Positions 52,770 to 64,000 of a stretch of 64,000 nt of DNA are shown here, piece after piece; the stretch's first letter is position 1, and each line of letters opens with the position of its first letter. Position numbers and translations under genes: made by a program. Location: contig NC_042997.1 of assembly GCF_006345805.1 (NCBI RefSeq), positions 118,668,001-118,732,000 of the forward strand, read 5' to 3'. The notes under the pieces were generated by a model. It was not told the DNA's origin, did not search any database, and worked only from the letters and a program-made list of their open reading frames with translations. The stretch is from Octopus sinensis (Eukaryota).

Positions 52770-53219
52770 GGCGTAGGAGTGGCTGTGTGGTAAGTAGCTT
52801 ACTTACCAACCACATGGCTGTGTGGTAGGTAGCTTGCTTACGAGCTACATGGTTGCGGGTTCGGTCCCACTGCGTGGCACCTTGCGCAAGTGTCTTCTAT
52901 TATAGCCTCGGCCCGATCCAAGTCTTGTGAGTGGATTTGGCAGACGGAAACTGAAAGAAGCCCGTCGTATATATGTACATATGTATAAGTATGTGTGTGT
53001 ATATATTTGTGTGCCTGTGTTTGTCCCCCCAACATCGCTTGACAACCGATTCTGGTGTGTTTATGTACCCGTAACTCAGTGGTTCGGCAAAAAGAGACCG
53101 ATAGAATAAGTACTAGGCTTACAAAGAATAAGTCCTGGGGGCGATTTGCTCGACTAAAGGCGGTGATCCAGCATGGCCACATTCACATGGCTGAAACAAG
53201 TAAAAAAGTAAAAGAGTAA
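52770..53219 (+). mobile_element. Full-length SINE family B with duplicated A-box segment
   Basis: ggctgtgtggtaagtagctt...acat repeated; cgggttcggtccc B-box-like; ends aaagtaaaagagtaa. Confidence 0.88.
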
Positions 53220-53279
53220 GCATTTAATTCGGCGTCGTAACGAATTTAGCTGCTCGCCTTCTTCTTTCCTGCAAATTTT

Positions 53280-53470
53280 GGTTTAACATTTTTGTACAAG
53301 GCCAGAAATTACTGTGGTGGTGTAGATCACTCGATCTCATCGTCCCCGTGCTTAAATGGTGCGTATCTTATCGACCCCAAAAGGACGAAAGACAAAGACG
53401 ACCTCGGCGCAATTTGAAATCAGAATGAATTGACTGACGAAATGCGTGCTAAATATTTTGCCTGCTCGCC
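53280..53470 (-). mobile_element. SINE family A
   Basis: atcgaccccaaaaggacgaaagacaaagacgacctcggcgcaatttgaa. Confidence 0.7.
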
Positions 53471-53547
53471 TCCCTCTTTTCTGCTTTTATTAGCTGCTGA
53501 ACTGTGAATAGAATCGAAATATGTCATATGCATCACTTTTCAAAGTA

Positions 53548-54433
53548 TCGGGTCATCCCATAAATAATGCGGCTTTTTATACTTCTTTTATTTTCCAAAA
53601 TTAAGATAAACAAAGTTCTCTTTTAATCCAAAATATACTCTCCTTCATTTTCTACTATGCTCTTCCATCTATCAGGTTGATTTACAAGGCCCCTCTTCCA
53701 AACTTCATTTGTACGTAACGAAAAATACTCCTCCAGTACCGTTCAGACATCATCTACAGAATTGATATTTTTTCCGTCCAAATGATTTTGAAGACTGCAG
53801 ATTAAATGATACTCGGGTGGGGCAATGTCCGGCGAATATGGTGGGCGGGGTATCATTTCTCATTAAAACTACTCGTGCCTTTGGAATATCATCCGCGCTG
53901 TATGTGGCCAAGCATTATCCAAAGGTGGTCATTTTTCTTCTAGCGCTGACTTGAATGACTGGTTGAATGACCAAATCCAAGCTTCTCTACTAGTTCCTCA
54001 ACAGTTACGATGGATTTTGTTCCTCCAGGGTTTGTGGGACGCCCTCCTTGAGCTCTACAAATCTTCCAGTATGATGATCGTCTTCTAGGCTGTAGTTTCC
54101 GGCTCGGAATTTCTGGAACCACTGTGGAAACTGGTTTACGCTTGCTGTCCGATCCCCATATATTGCATTAATATTCCTCGCTCTTTTCGTTGCGCTGTTG
54201 CCTTTATTGAACTCACAAAGCAAAATATGCCGAATATGCTCCTTTGTCACTTCCATTATAGCTTGGAAAAAATAATTATTAAAATCGAAATGTACTCTTC
54301 AATACCTGCACTAATAATAAGCACAAGATAAAATTACTACCTGCAAGTTGATGCAGGCAGTTTATTTTGTCCCCCCTCCCCGACTTAGTTCATGCAATTG
54401 AAAAAAAACCGCATTATTTATGGGATGACACAA
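53548..54433 (-). mobile_element. Internally deleted mariner element with both TIRs and TA flanks
   Basis: TIR t(c/t)g(g/t)gtcatcccataaataatgcgg at 53,548-53,572 and 54,409-54,433; TA at 53,546-47 and 54,434-35; minus ORF MEVTKEHIRHILLCEFNKGNSA...WFQKFRAGNYSLED. Confidence 0.88.
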
Positions 54434-54601
54434 TAATTACTGCAAATATGACTAAAGAATTAATTTTGTTTTAAACAGGACAACTATTGACTTGAGTACT
54501 ATAATTTATCCACTATAAGACCTGGATAATTTTTCTATATTACTGTCACTAGCGTACCAAAATTTGCCATCCGTTTTTCAGATAAACATTGAAGGATCTC
54601 T

Positions 54602-54838
54602 TATTTATTTATTTATTGCCCACAAGGAGCTAAACGTAGAGGAGATAAACAAGGACAGACAAAGGGATTAAGTCGAATACATCGACTCCAGTGCGTAACT
54701 GGTACTTATTTAATCGACCCCGAAAGGATGAATGGCAAAGTCGACCTCGGCGGAATTTGAACTCAGAACGTAGCGGCAGACAAAATACTGCTAAGCATTT
54801 CACCCGGCGTGCTAACGTTTCTGCCAGCTCACTGCCTT
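54602..54838 (-). mobile_element. SINE family A with 14-bp TSD
   Basis: TSD attgaaggatctct at 54,588-54,601 and 54,839-54,852. Confidence 0.9.
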
Positions 54839-55249
54839 ATTGAAGGATCTCTATTTGTCGATGGACAGCACTGTCGTTCCAACTCTAACTAAATTATAAG
54901 ATGTTTCTAAAACAAATTCAACTCAACTCGATAAAATTTTTAAATCTTTAACAGTAAAACAAAGAGTAACTGACACTATCCTTTAGTTAAGAAAAGCACA
55001 TCCTATTATGATGTTCCTCCATCAACATGAATGAAATAAAAACTGATTTTATATAGTTTAATTGATCATTCTCATCTGAGAAAATTTTGAAGCTAACAAC
55101 TGCGGATATTTAAGTTTTCTTCTGGAGAAGTGGGACTCATAAAACTTGTTACAGGTTTTCCTCGACAAGTAAAAGACTGAGTCTACTGCAGGATTCCTGG
55201 TTAACCATTTTCAGGGGAGGTCACCAGGCGATTCCTTCTTCCTTCTCGA

Positions 55250-55535
55250 GCCACGCCTGGCTCATAAAGGCCGGTTTCCCGGTTTCCTTGGCGTATAGTT
55301 TCCCCACCTGGACGAGACGCCGGTCCGTCGCAGGTGAGCTGCAAAACGCAGGAGGAAAGAGTGAGAGAAAGTTATGACGAAAGAATCAACAGAAGTTCGC
55401 CATTACCTTCTGCCGGAGCCGCGTGGAGCTTGGGCGTTTCGCTCATAAACACACACATCGTCCGGTCAGAGATTCGAACACGCGATCCCTCGACCGCGTG
55501 TCCGCTGCTCTAACCACAAGGCCATGTGCCTCCAC
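55250..55535 (-). mobile_element. SINE family C variant
   Basis: Reverse homolog of 60,125-60,400; tRNA-like head ggcacatggccttgtggttagagcagcggac...gttcgaatc. Confidence 0.75.
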
Positions 55536-57084
55536 ACCAGTCAATTACATCGACGTTAGTCCTTGATTAGTACAGAATTTTATCGAACGTGAAGCGTTTA
55601 ATGGAAAAGTTAGCGCCGAAAATTTGAACTCAAACCGTAAAGAGCCGGAGTATGTTGCCAAGCATTTCGGCGCGCCAGTGATTCTGCCACGTCACCGCCT
55701 TCCTCATATTTACTCTCAAGAAATAGAAAATAATTATATTTCGTAATTAGGTTTCGATATGCATATAACGGGTGAAGTTTAAATTACACGAAAACTTAAA
55801 TTAGTTACTAAAACTTTAAAAGCAACATAAATATGTTTACACACATAAATTAGAGCACAAAAGCAATCATACTTGTTCTTTCTATATAAATGCCATTATA
55901 TATTAACGAAGTCAGAATAAATGAATCCCGCCACAAACTGTGTCACTGCCGTTCCAAGTCGTCATCAACCCAGTTATACCTTCCAGATCTAATTCCAGAC
56001 CTTACATTTCTAATTAAATCTAAGCTAATCAGAATCAGAAGTCCCACTCTTTGTCAATTTACTGATTCTTTTTTAAAATGGTTATATGAAATACACTAAT
56101 TCATTAGATCTGGTGAGGTTCTTTGATAAAAGAGAATAATAATTGTGTTAGAAAGTAATTACTGGATATTATGACTAGAAAATATCTTGCACTAATTTAC
56201 AAAATAAACAAATGAATAAAAATTCAAATAAAATTAGAGAAGAATATAAAAATAAAAAAAGATACACAAAGTTAAAACTTGTGCGAAAAATTGGTTTCTG
56301 TACATATTTAGCATATATTTAATATTATGTTGTTTGGCAAATGGAATTATAAATCTGTGTATTAGATAAACACGTTATAAATACGTTCAAACCTATTATG
56401 CATACATATATACTTCCAAAAACAGACATATACACTCACGTACACGCATATACATAGATTTGATGAATATTCATCGTTAAACAATGAAGATTCAGTGATT
56501 TCATCAGCTGAGTTATTTGCCCCTGAATTAGCATTAATAAGAAGCGTGTATGTTTGACGTGATACTCTGGTAGAATAAGGGCGATACAGAGGGCAAAGAA
56601 AGCTGGTGGGAACTATCTGACGAGATTCTATGCAGTTTCCGTATAAACGTTTTCCCTAAGACGGTATGGGTCAACTGACGGTATATAAAATGATATACCG
56701 TAAAGCTATGCTGTGGTTTCGAATTCGAAATCATGTGGGATGAAATGAACTGCTGAAATATCTTTCAGCTGTACTACAACTACACACACACATGCGCGCG
56801 CACACACACGCGCGCGCACACACACACACCCACACGCATACACACCTACGCACACGCACACACACATATACATAAACATATAAAAAGCAAATTAATAACA
56901 AGGATGTCCAGACATCAGTGCATTACGGCCGTTTCAAGTGGCTCAATTTCATTAATCTATGAAAACATTTTATCAGTTATCTTCTATTTCTTAAGAGTAA
57001 ATATGAGGCAGGCAGGAGATGGCAGAATCACTGGCACGCATATTCAGTCTCTTTACATTTTTTATCACATTGGCTTGGTAGTTC

Positions 57085-57450
57085 CGGGTTAATAAGCTTT
57101 GTTCTTGAGCAGCTAATATGAAACCTTCACTCTCTGCTTTTAGCTCTGAGCTTCGTAACCATTGATGCGTGTGTTTCTGGTCGACATGAGCTTGTTTGCT
57201 ACGGGCGACATACTTGTCATGCAGAGGTTTCTGTTACCATCTGCTAGCTAATTTTTCATGTGCTTTTGTCGGTGATTGAGATGTCTTCAGATACCTGTTC
57301 TTGTAGATTTTTGTAGGCCTCTTGGATGCGTTTGATCCACTCTGCATTTTCATTGGATGGTTTCTCATCACTCCAGATCCCTTTCCAAAAGTTTTCAACT
57401 TTTTTCATTAGGGGTGGATTTTCAATGGTTATTTTTTTATTTCCCTATTT
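57085..57450 (-). pseudogene. Internally deleted fragment of a second R4/Dong-like LINE family
   Basis: NKKITIENPP..VENFWKGIWSDE..EWIK (pre-RT) joined to KPLHDKY..THQWLRSSELKAESEGFILAAQEQSLLTRN (post-RT). Confidence 0.75.
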
Positions 57451-57469
57451 CCCTGTAAAATGATATCAT

Positions 57470-57640
57470 CACTGAATCCTTTCACAGTATGTAATAGTAC
57501 TGCAATTATCTGGGAACTAACCCTAAAATCTGAACAGATGGATAGAGGAAATAGGCATGAAACCCAGTTTAGTAAGTTCCAGAAAACCGTGTTATTAGGG
57601 ACAGCTAGGATACTTATGAGGCTTCTTGGCATCTAAGAAT
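57470..57640 (+). pseudogene. C-terminal tip of an RLE-type LINE
   Basis: ...QKTVLLGTARILMRLLGI* matches the terminal motif QKIALLGTAHIL of the 13.7 kb element. Confidence 0.55.
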
Positions 57641-57799
57641 ATTTGGTGTAGCTTGATGTTAGGATTTTTTCTTTACTAAGAGTCTAATCTGTTGTGTGTA
57701 CATGGAAATATTTGAAGTAGTCCTATAATAATTATTATGAAAGAAATAATACATTTCTAAATATCTCAGAGATACTTATGCTGTAGTGGTACGATAAAG

Positions 57800-57953
57800 T
57801 AGTTGTATACTGTCCAGTTAATGTGACAGTCCCACGAAGGGAATCCTACAACCGCTATTTAGCCCTAGGAAGCGTTGCTGCTTCCTAGGGCTAAATAGCA
57901 GTAGTATGATTTCCTTCGTGTGACTGTCACATTAAGTTGACTGTATACAGCTA
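57800..57953. repeat. Fold-back element (~74-bp arms; 20-bp perfect core, 6-nt loop)
   Basis: GCTATTTAGCCCTAGGAAGC (57,854-57,873) / GCTTCCTAGGGCTAAATAGC (57,880-57,899), extended by imperfect pairing. Confidence 0.85.
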
Positions 57954-57956
57954 TTT

Positions 57957-58030
<74 letters not shown>

Positions 58031-58038
58031 TTGTTATT

Positions 58039-58500
58039 GCGTGAGAGGACAGTACATGCCATCAAAGTGACACTGGAGTAAAATATGGGAAGCCCAGCTT
58101 ATCCATCATGATTATCCATCTTATAAGGGTACACAAGGTACATGCATCAAAATAATATGTGTATGACATAATGATCTCATATCAAGAGAAACAGCACATG
58201 ATTTTGCTGGTGGGATTCAGTTAGAATGTTCTTCTGGTTGAGTAGCCCATCCGCCCAAAAAGCTTCCTGAATAAAGGCTCTTTAGAGATGATGAACGAAA
58301 CACTCTTATTTCCAGAGATGAATAATTCAAAACCCAAAGGATCCCTCTCCCCTCATGGCTATGCTGCTCCCCCAATACTTCTGCTTGCGATCAGAGATAC
58401 ACATATCTTCAGCCACCAAGGGACATGCTCAACTGGTTAAGGTGAAACAACCGGCGAGCAAATCTGTGCTACTGAGCAGAATATTTGCTGTAGCCCATTC
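58039..58500 (-). mobile_element. 462-bp non-coding repeat, reverse copy of 17,701-18,162
   Basis: Colinear homology end to end; the 3' end abuts an (AAT/AGT)n tract. Confidence 0.8.
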
Positions 58501-59144
58501 TTCATGCAGTTTCCTTATTTCTATTTGATCTTGTATTCATTGGTATATTCATTTCCTTTTCTCTATATATTTGAATTTAGTTGACACTTTCTTATCTCTT
58601 CTTCCCATATCGTTTCAACAACCTCGCTTTCTCACAGAATTCATAGCTACACTACAAATCTATTTTCCTTCCATTTCTCATTCTGCCTCCCATTTCCCAC
58701 TCTATACATATTCCAGCCCTTCTGAACATGACCACTCCTCATCTATCAGGGACTTTAAATCCCCTCGGCATACTTCCAAAAAGGTTAGTGACAAAGACTT
58801 TACAACATTAAAAAAAAGCTAATTGAAAGAAGTTATACTTACTAAAGCTGTATGAAGGAAGTTTTTCAAATACACACACACACACGTACAGACAGACACT
58901 CCCACCACACACCCACGCAAGCACATTCACATATACAAACATACCTCTCTCTCTCTCTATATATATATATGTATGTGTTTGTGTATGTTTGTGTTTGTGC
59001 GCGTGTGTACGTTTGTGTGTATGTATATAATATATCTAGCTATATATATATGTATATATATATATATACACACACACAAATATACATATATATATATATA
59101 TACACACATATATACATATATATATATACGTATATATATATACA

Positions 59145-59177
<33 letters not shown>

Positions 59178-59225
59178 TATATATATATATATATATGTAT
59201 TTATATTTTCAAAATGTGACCGCGT

Positions 59226-59417
59226 GTGTACTGTTGGCGATTTTTTTCCTCCGTCTTCCCTTCTTTGGATCTCTCCTTTTCCTTTGTTTCTGCCGAAGAG
59301 CTCCGCTCTAAACGTTAAACCCTCCTTCTTTCCTTCTTTCCTGAGCGTCCAATAATACTATACTTGGTCCACGTCCTCGCGTTGTTGTGTTTTCTCTTTG
59401 TGTTCTCATGTTTGGAT

Positions 59418-59420
<3 letters not shown>
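59226..59420 (+). mobile_element. pLTR-type module with degenerate hammerhead (59,286-59,320)
   Basis: GTTT-CTGCCGA-A-GAGC-tcc-GCTC-TAAAC-GT-T-AAAC; followed by (AT)n. Confidence 0.55.
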
Positions 59421-59480
<60 letters not shown>

Positions 59481-60124
59481 ACGTGTGTGTGTGTATGTGT
59501 GTGTGTGTGTTGTGTGTGTGTGTGTATAATTGAGAATCTCAATTATATATATACTTAAGTTGAAGCACCAAGTCAGTCCGATATTGTCTGCAGAGTTGAA
59601 TAAAATCAAAATAAGCAACAGACTATCAAGTAGTGATGCAGTGCAACCATTTCAAGCGGCCCCATTTAATTGAACAATGCAATCATTACATTAATTTAAA
59701 TGCAATGTCATCTTCAGCTGCACAAATAAATAAAGAGAATTTTAACCAGTAGGACACCATAGTATAATTTTTCTCAAATAAACAAAGCAAGAAGATGGAA
59801 TATATTCATGTTGTCACTATTGTAGCAAAGAATAGAGTACACTTCCAAGAATCGCATGAAGCCTATTGGGGTCATATTGTTGTAAGGGATTGTAATTCAT
59901 TTCTAATTAATTTTTCTCTGCAGAATTTTTGTATTTATCTCTGCATACATTTTGTTATTTACGGCGCAATTATCTGAAATGTACGTATAAAAATGCTATT
60001 ATTACTCTGATTTCATTTTACATGTTATTGAAATCGTCACTTCACCATATATATATGCGTGTGCGTGTGTGTGTGTTTGTGTGTATGTGTGTGTGTGTGC
60101 GTGTGTGCGTGTGTGCGTGTCTGT

Positions 60125-60400
60125 GGAAGTGCAGTGACCCAGTGGTCAGCGCAGCGGACTCGCGGTAGGAGGATCGCGGTTTCGATTCCTAGACCGGGCG
60201 TTTTGTGTGTTTATTGAGTGAAAACACCTAAAAGCTCCACGAGGTTCCGGCAGTGGGTGGTGGTGACCCATGTTGTACTCTTTCGCCATAACTTTCTCTC
60301 ATTCTCTCTTCCTGTTTCTTGAGTAACGTTGCAGTGAAATCTTTGCAGTGAAATTCGTGATTGTACACAAAGATAACCATAATCAGATATCGAAGAAGAA
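60125..60400 (+). mobile_element. SINE family C variant
   Basis: tRNA-like head gtgcagtgacccagtggtcagcgcagcggac...ggtttcgattcc. Confidence 0.75.
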
Positions 60401-60442
60401 ATGATAATGATAACGATGATGATGCCACACATACACACACAC

Positions 60443-60504
<62 letters not shown>

Positions 60505-60559
60505 GGCATCATCAGGTATGTATACATATATATGTATATATATATATATAACACAGTTC

Positions 60560-60740
60560 GCTATGTTGAACCACTGAACTCAACACGATTTTTCTTCATT
60601 CCCTCTCTAATTATTTCCCCGTATTCATTTCTGTCGAAGAGCGTAGGCTCGAAACTTAAAAGACATTTCCATTTTTCCCGAGCGTCAAATTGATACACTT
60701 GATTCTTGTTCCTGTGTATGTGTGTAAGTGTGTGTATGTG
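60560..60740 (+). mobile_element. pLTR-type module with degenerate hammerhead (60,628-60,662)
   Basis: TTT-CTGTCGA-A-GAG-cgtagg-CTC-GAAAC-TT-A-AAAG; same family as 8,270-8,400. Confidence 0.55.
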
Positions 60741-61243
60741 GTGCGTAAATTTGACCATATGTTTCCTTGAAAACATACCAGTATTTTAATGCCATTATGT
60801 ACAAAACGTCGAACAAATATTAACTATTTCATATGAAATTAAAGTAAATCTATCTACTCACCTTGAAGCAAATCGGACGTAACGATTTTAGAAACCAAAT
60901 TTCACTAAGAAAAAACATGTCATCCTCATGATATATTGTAAAACATACGAGTTGTAATTAAGTTGTAGATTTGGTTTACGTAACAAATATATCCAATGAT
61001 GTAAATACGTCGGAAGTAAATGCTTTATGAGAATGCCATTACAAAATAATAGGTTTACAGAAATCACCTAAAATGTAAGCTTGGATTATACCCCTTAACT
61101 TTCCATCTCTTCATCTCTTTGCTTTGTCTCTCGGTATTTGATATACATATACATACATGCATACAAATGTCTGTCTGTACATATATATATATGTGTATGT
61201 ATGTATGTATGTATGTATGTATGTATGTATGTATGTATGTATG

Positions 61244-61356
<113 letters not shown>

Positions 61357-61584
61357 GTGTGTATACATGTATGTGTGTGTATATATATATATACGTAACT
61401 GTGCAATGAGCGAGTATTTTTGTGTGGTTGAATAAAATGTATACAGGTCCATTAGTTTATGGAAACTTGAAACAGTAAATTTGAGGATAACAGGAAAAAT
61501 CTATCTTATTTCCCTCTCTAACCCACATATTAACTGACTTTATTTCCCTCTTTGTTTCCAATCTATGAGATCTCCATTCACGCA

Positions 61585-61653
<69 letters not shown>

Positions 61654-61839
61654 CACACATACACACACACACACACACACACAAACATGTATCTCTCTGT
61701 CTCTATCCATCTCTCTGTCTCTCTAGAATATTCTCTAGAATATATATAAATATCTATATCTATCTATCTCTCTCTATATATATGTATACATATACACACA
61801 TACATATATACATACACACACACGCACACACACACACAC

Positions 61840-61876
<37 letters not shown>

Positions 61877-61883
61877 TATATAT

Positions 61884-61930
<47 letters not shown>

Positions 61931-62609
61931 GTGTATGTATACTATATACATGTATATATTCATACATATATTTGCGTCGGTTGGAAGTTATCGACAAGCT
62001 ATATCGAATATCATTGTTTTTATTTGTAGCTATTGATGTTTGTCTTTATTATTCTTGTTAGAAATGTATAATAAATTATTTCAGCTCCTGTAACTACTGG
62101 TTACTTTCCAGTAAGATATTCAATACAACCATTTATCATTTACTTAGGATATCGTATTCAATATTCTATATGTCTTGATAGTTTTACCTTGCTTTTTTTT
62201 TTTCATTTATATTTCCTTTTATAAATGGCTTAGACTGTTCAGAGAAAAGAACAGAAAAAGGCTTTTCTTCGAAACACATATAATATTAATAACAACAACA
62301 ACAATGATAATAAGAAAAAAACGATGATGAGAATAATAATATTAATAATAACGATGATGATGGTGATGATGATCATGATCATGAGGATGACGATCTCCGA
62401 TAGAAGAAACGCATGGATTAACAAAGTTGATATATCGGCAAGCAACAACACTTTAGGTCGTTAATACTTATTGTCGAATTTATCGACCTCAGCACCTGAC
62501 TGGTATTTACCTTATCGAAATCAATAGATGAATGTGAGGTCAATGTATGGCGGAATTGTAATCCATCAATCATTAAACGCCTTCTTAATTCTATTAATAT
62601 TAATAATCC

Positions 62610-62822
62610 CTACAAAATTTGGCACAAGGCCAGCAATTTCGAGATAGGAAGACGTTTGATTATATCGACCTCAGCGTTCAAATGAAAATCCTTTTCTTTT
62701 TATCGATACTGAAAGTATGAAAGATAATGTCGACCTCGGCGGGATTCGAGCTTAGAAAGACGGACGGAATGCCGCTAAGCATTTTGTCCGGCATGCTAAA
62801 GGTTCTGCCGGTTTATCGCCAA
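62610..62822 (-). mobile_element. SINE family A
   Basis: gtcgacctcggcgggattcgag...gccgctaagcattttgtccggcatgctaa. Confidence 0.75.
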
Positions 62823-63135
62823 CGATGATGGTGATGATAATGGAATAATTCTAACCATTTTTCTTTTTCTTTTCCTACAATAAGTGCAACAATGGAGAGG
62901 TCGTTATCATGACCGTTTGCAATTTGTGTTAGGAGGAAGGCGCATGGAAAAGAAAAAGGGACAACAGTATAAATAACATACGTAGTATGTGAACATATAG
63001 ATGATACAACCTTCTTGATACAGGATACAGGGACCAAATACTACTACTACGACTACTATTACAACCACCACCAAACCCACTGCCGCCACCACTACTACTA
63101 CTATAACCACCACCACCACCACCACCACTACCCCA

Positions 63136-63166
<31 letters not shown>

Positions 63167-63199
63167 ATACTACTACTACTACTACTAGCAATAATAATA

Positions 63200-63401
63200 T
63201 TTTCTATTATTGGAACAAGGCCAGGAATTTTTTGGGAGGGAGATAGTCGAGTACATCGACCCCAGCACTTCATTGATACTTAATTTATCGATCCCAAAAG
63301 AATGAAAAGCAAAGTGGCCCACGGCGGAATTCGAACTCAGAACGAAGCGGCAGACGAAATACCATTAAGCATTTCGCTAACGATTTTGCCAGCTCGCCGC
63401 C

Positions 63402-63402
<1 letters not shown>
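63200..63402 (-). mobile_element. SINE family A
   Basis: atcgatcccaaaagaatgaaaagcaaagtggcccacggcggaattcgaactcagaacg. Confidence 0.8.
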
Positions 63403-63449
<47 letters not shown>

Positions 63450-63489
63450 TAATAATAATAAAAATAATAATGATAATAATAATAATAAT

Positions 63490-64000
63490 AATAACAACAG
63501 AAAAAAGATGGTATAGGCACACACCAGAAAAGGTCACAGAAAACGAGAAAGCAACCATACTCTGGGATATGCCGATACACACAGACAGAGAAATTAAGGC
63601 CAACAGACCAGATATAGTTGTCAGAGACCATGAAGAAAAAAATGCTTTCTAATTGATGTATCAATACCGGCTGATGACAACGTGTCTCTAAAAGAAATGG
63701 AGAAACTCTCAAAATACAAAGACCTGGAAATAGAGGTAACTAGAATGTGGAATCTGAAAACAGAAACAATTCCTATCATAGTAGGTGCATTAGGCATGAT
63801 AAAAAAATATTCAGACAAATACATAACAAAAACACCAGGACTTACAAACACATATAACATACAGAAAATTGCACTACTAGGCACTGCACACATCCTACGC
63901 AGAACACTTTCTATACAATAACCATCAGAGCACCACAACAAATCACAACACATACCCAAGGCACACAGAGCTGCGCTCGGTAGTGAAGTGAAAGCACGCT
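63490..64000 (+). mobile_element. 5'-truncated copy of the R4/Dong element in (AAT)n; runs off the window
   Basis: Nearly identical to 17,126-17,637; RLE C-terminus with a 1-nt shorter A-run (frameshift); preceded by (AAT)n 63,403-63,492. Confidence 0.92.

Noticed and set aside
56672-56712. CTG followed by the perfect hairpin ACGGTATAT/ATATACCGT
   Set aside because: No A9 or GAAA in register and no stem I; an isolated hairpin

Overview
AT-rich, microsatellite-saturated eukaryotic DNA. The repeat landscape resembles an octopus/coleoid cephalopod genome (inference, not verified). I recognise no host gene, only low-confidence exon-like blocks. Most ORFs in the supplied track are microsatellite translations. 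Mobile-element content: (i) a full-length but frameshifted R4/Dong-type RT+RLE retrotransposon inside (AAT)n (13.7-17.7 kb), plus a 5'-truncated sister at the window end and other RLE-LINE relics; (ii) three Penelope-like (PLE) GIY-YIG relics and several pLTR-type inverted or tandem modules; (iii) a Helitron PIF1 relic and a non-autonomous derivative with the same 3' end; (iv) four Tc1/mariner relics; (v) many tRNA-derived SINEs of at least three families. The most notable signal is a dense set of minimal type I hammerhead ribozyme (HHR) motifs with self-complementary stem III. One is a perfect motif at 37,679-37,723 inside a 351-bp terminally redundant, retrozyme-like unit. One sits in the tail of a tRNA-headed SINE (23.1-23.4 kb). 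Two lie in inverted pLTRs around a GIY-YIG fragment (29-30.5 kb). Several show recurrent non-canonical core positions. All coordinates were read by eye; ribozyme activity and family assignments are untested.
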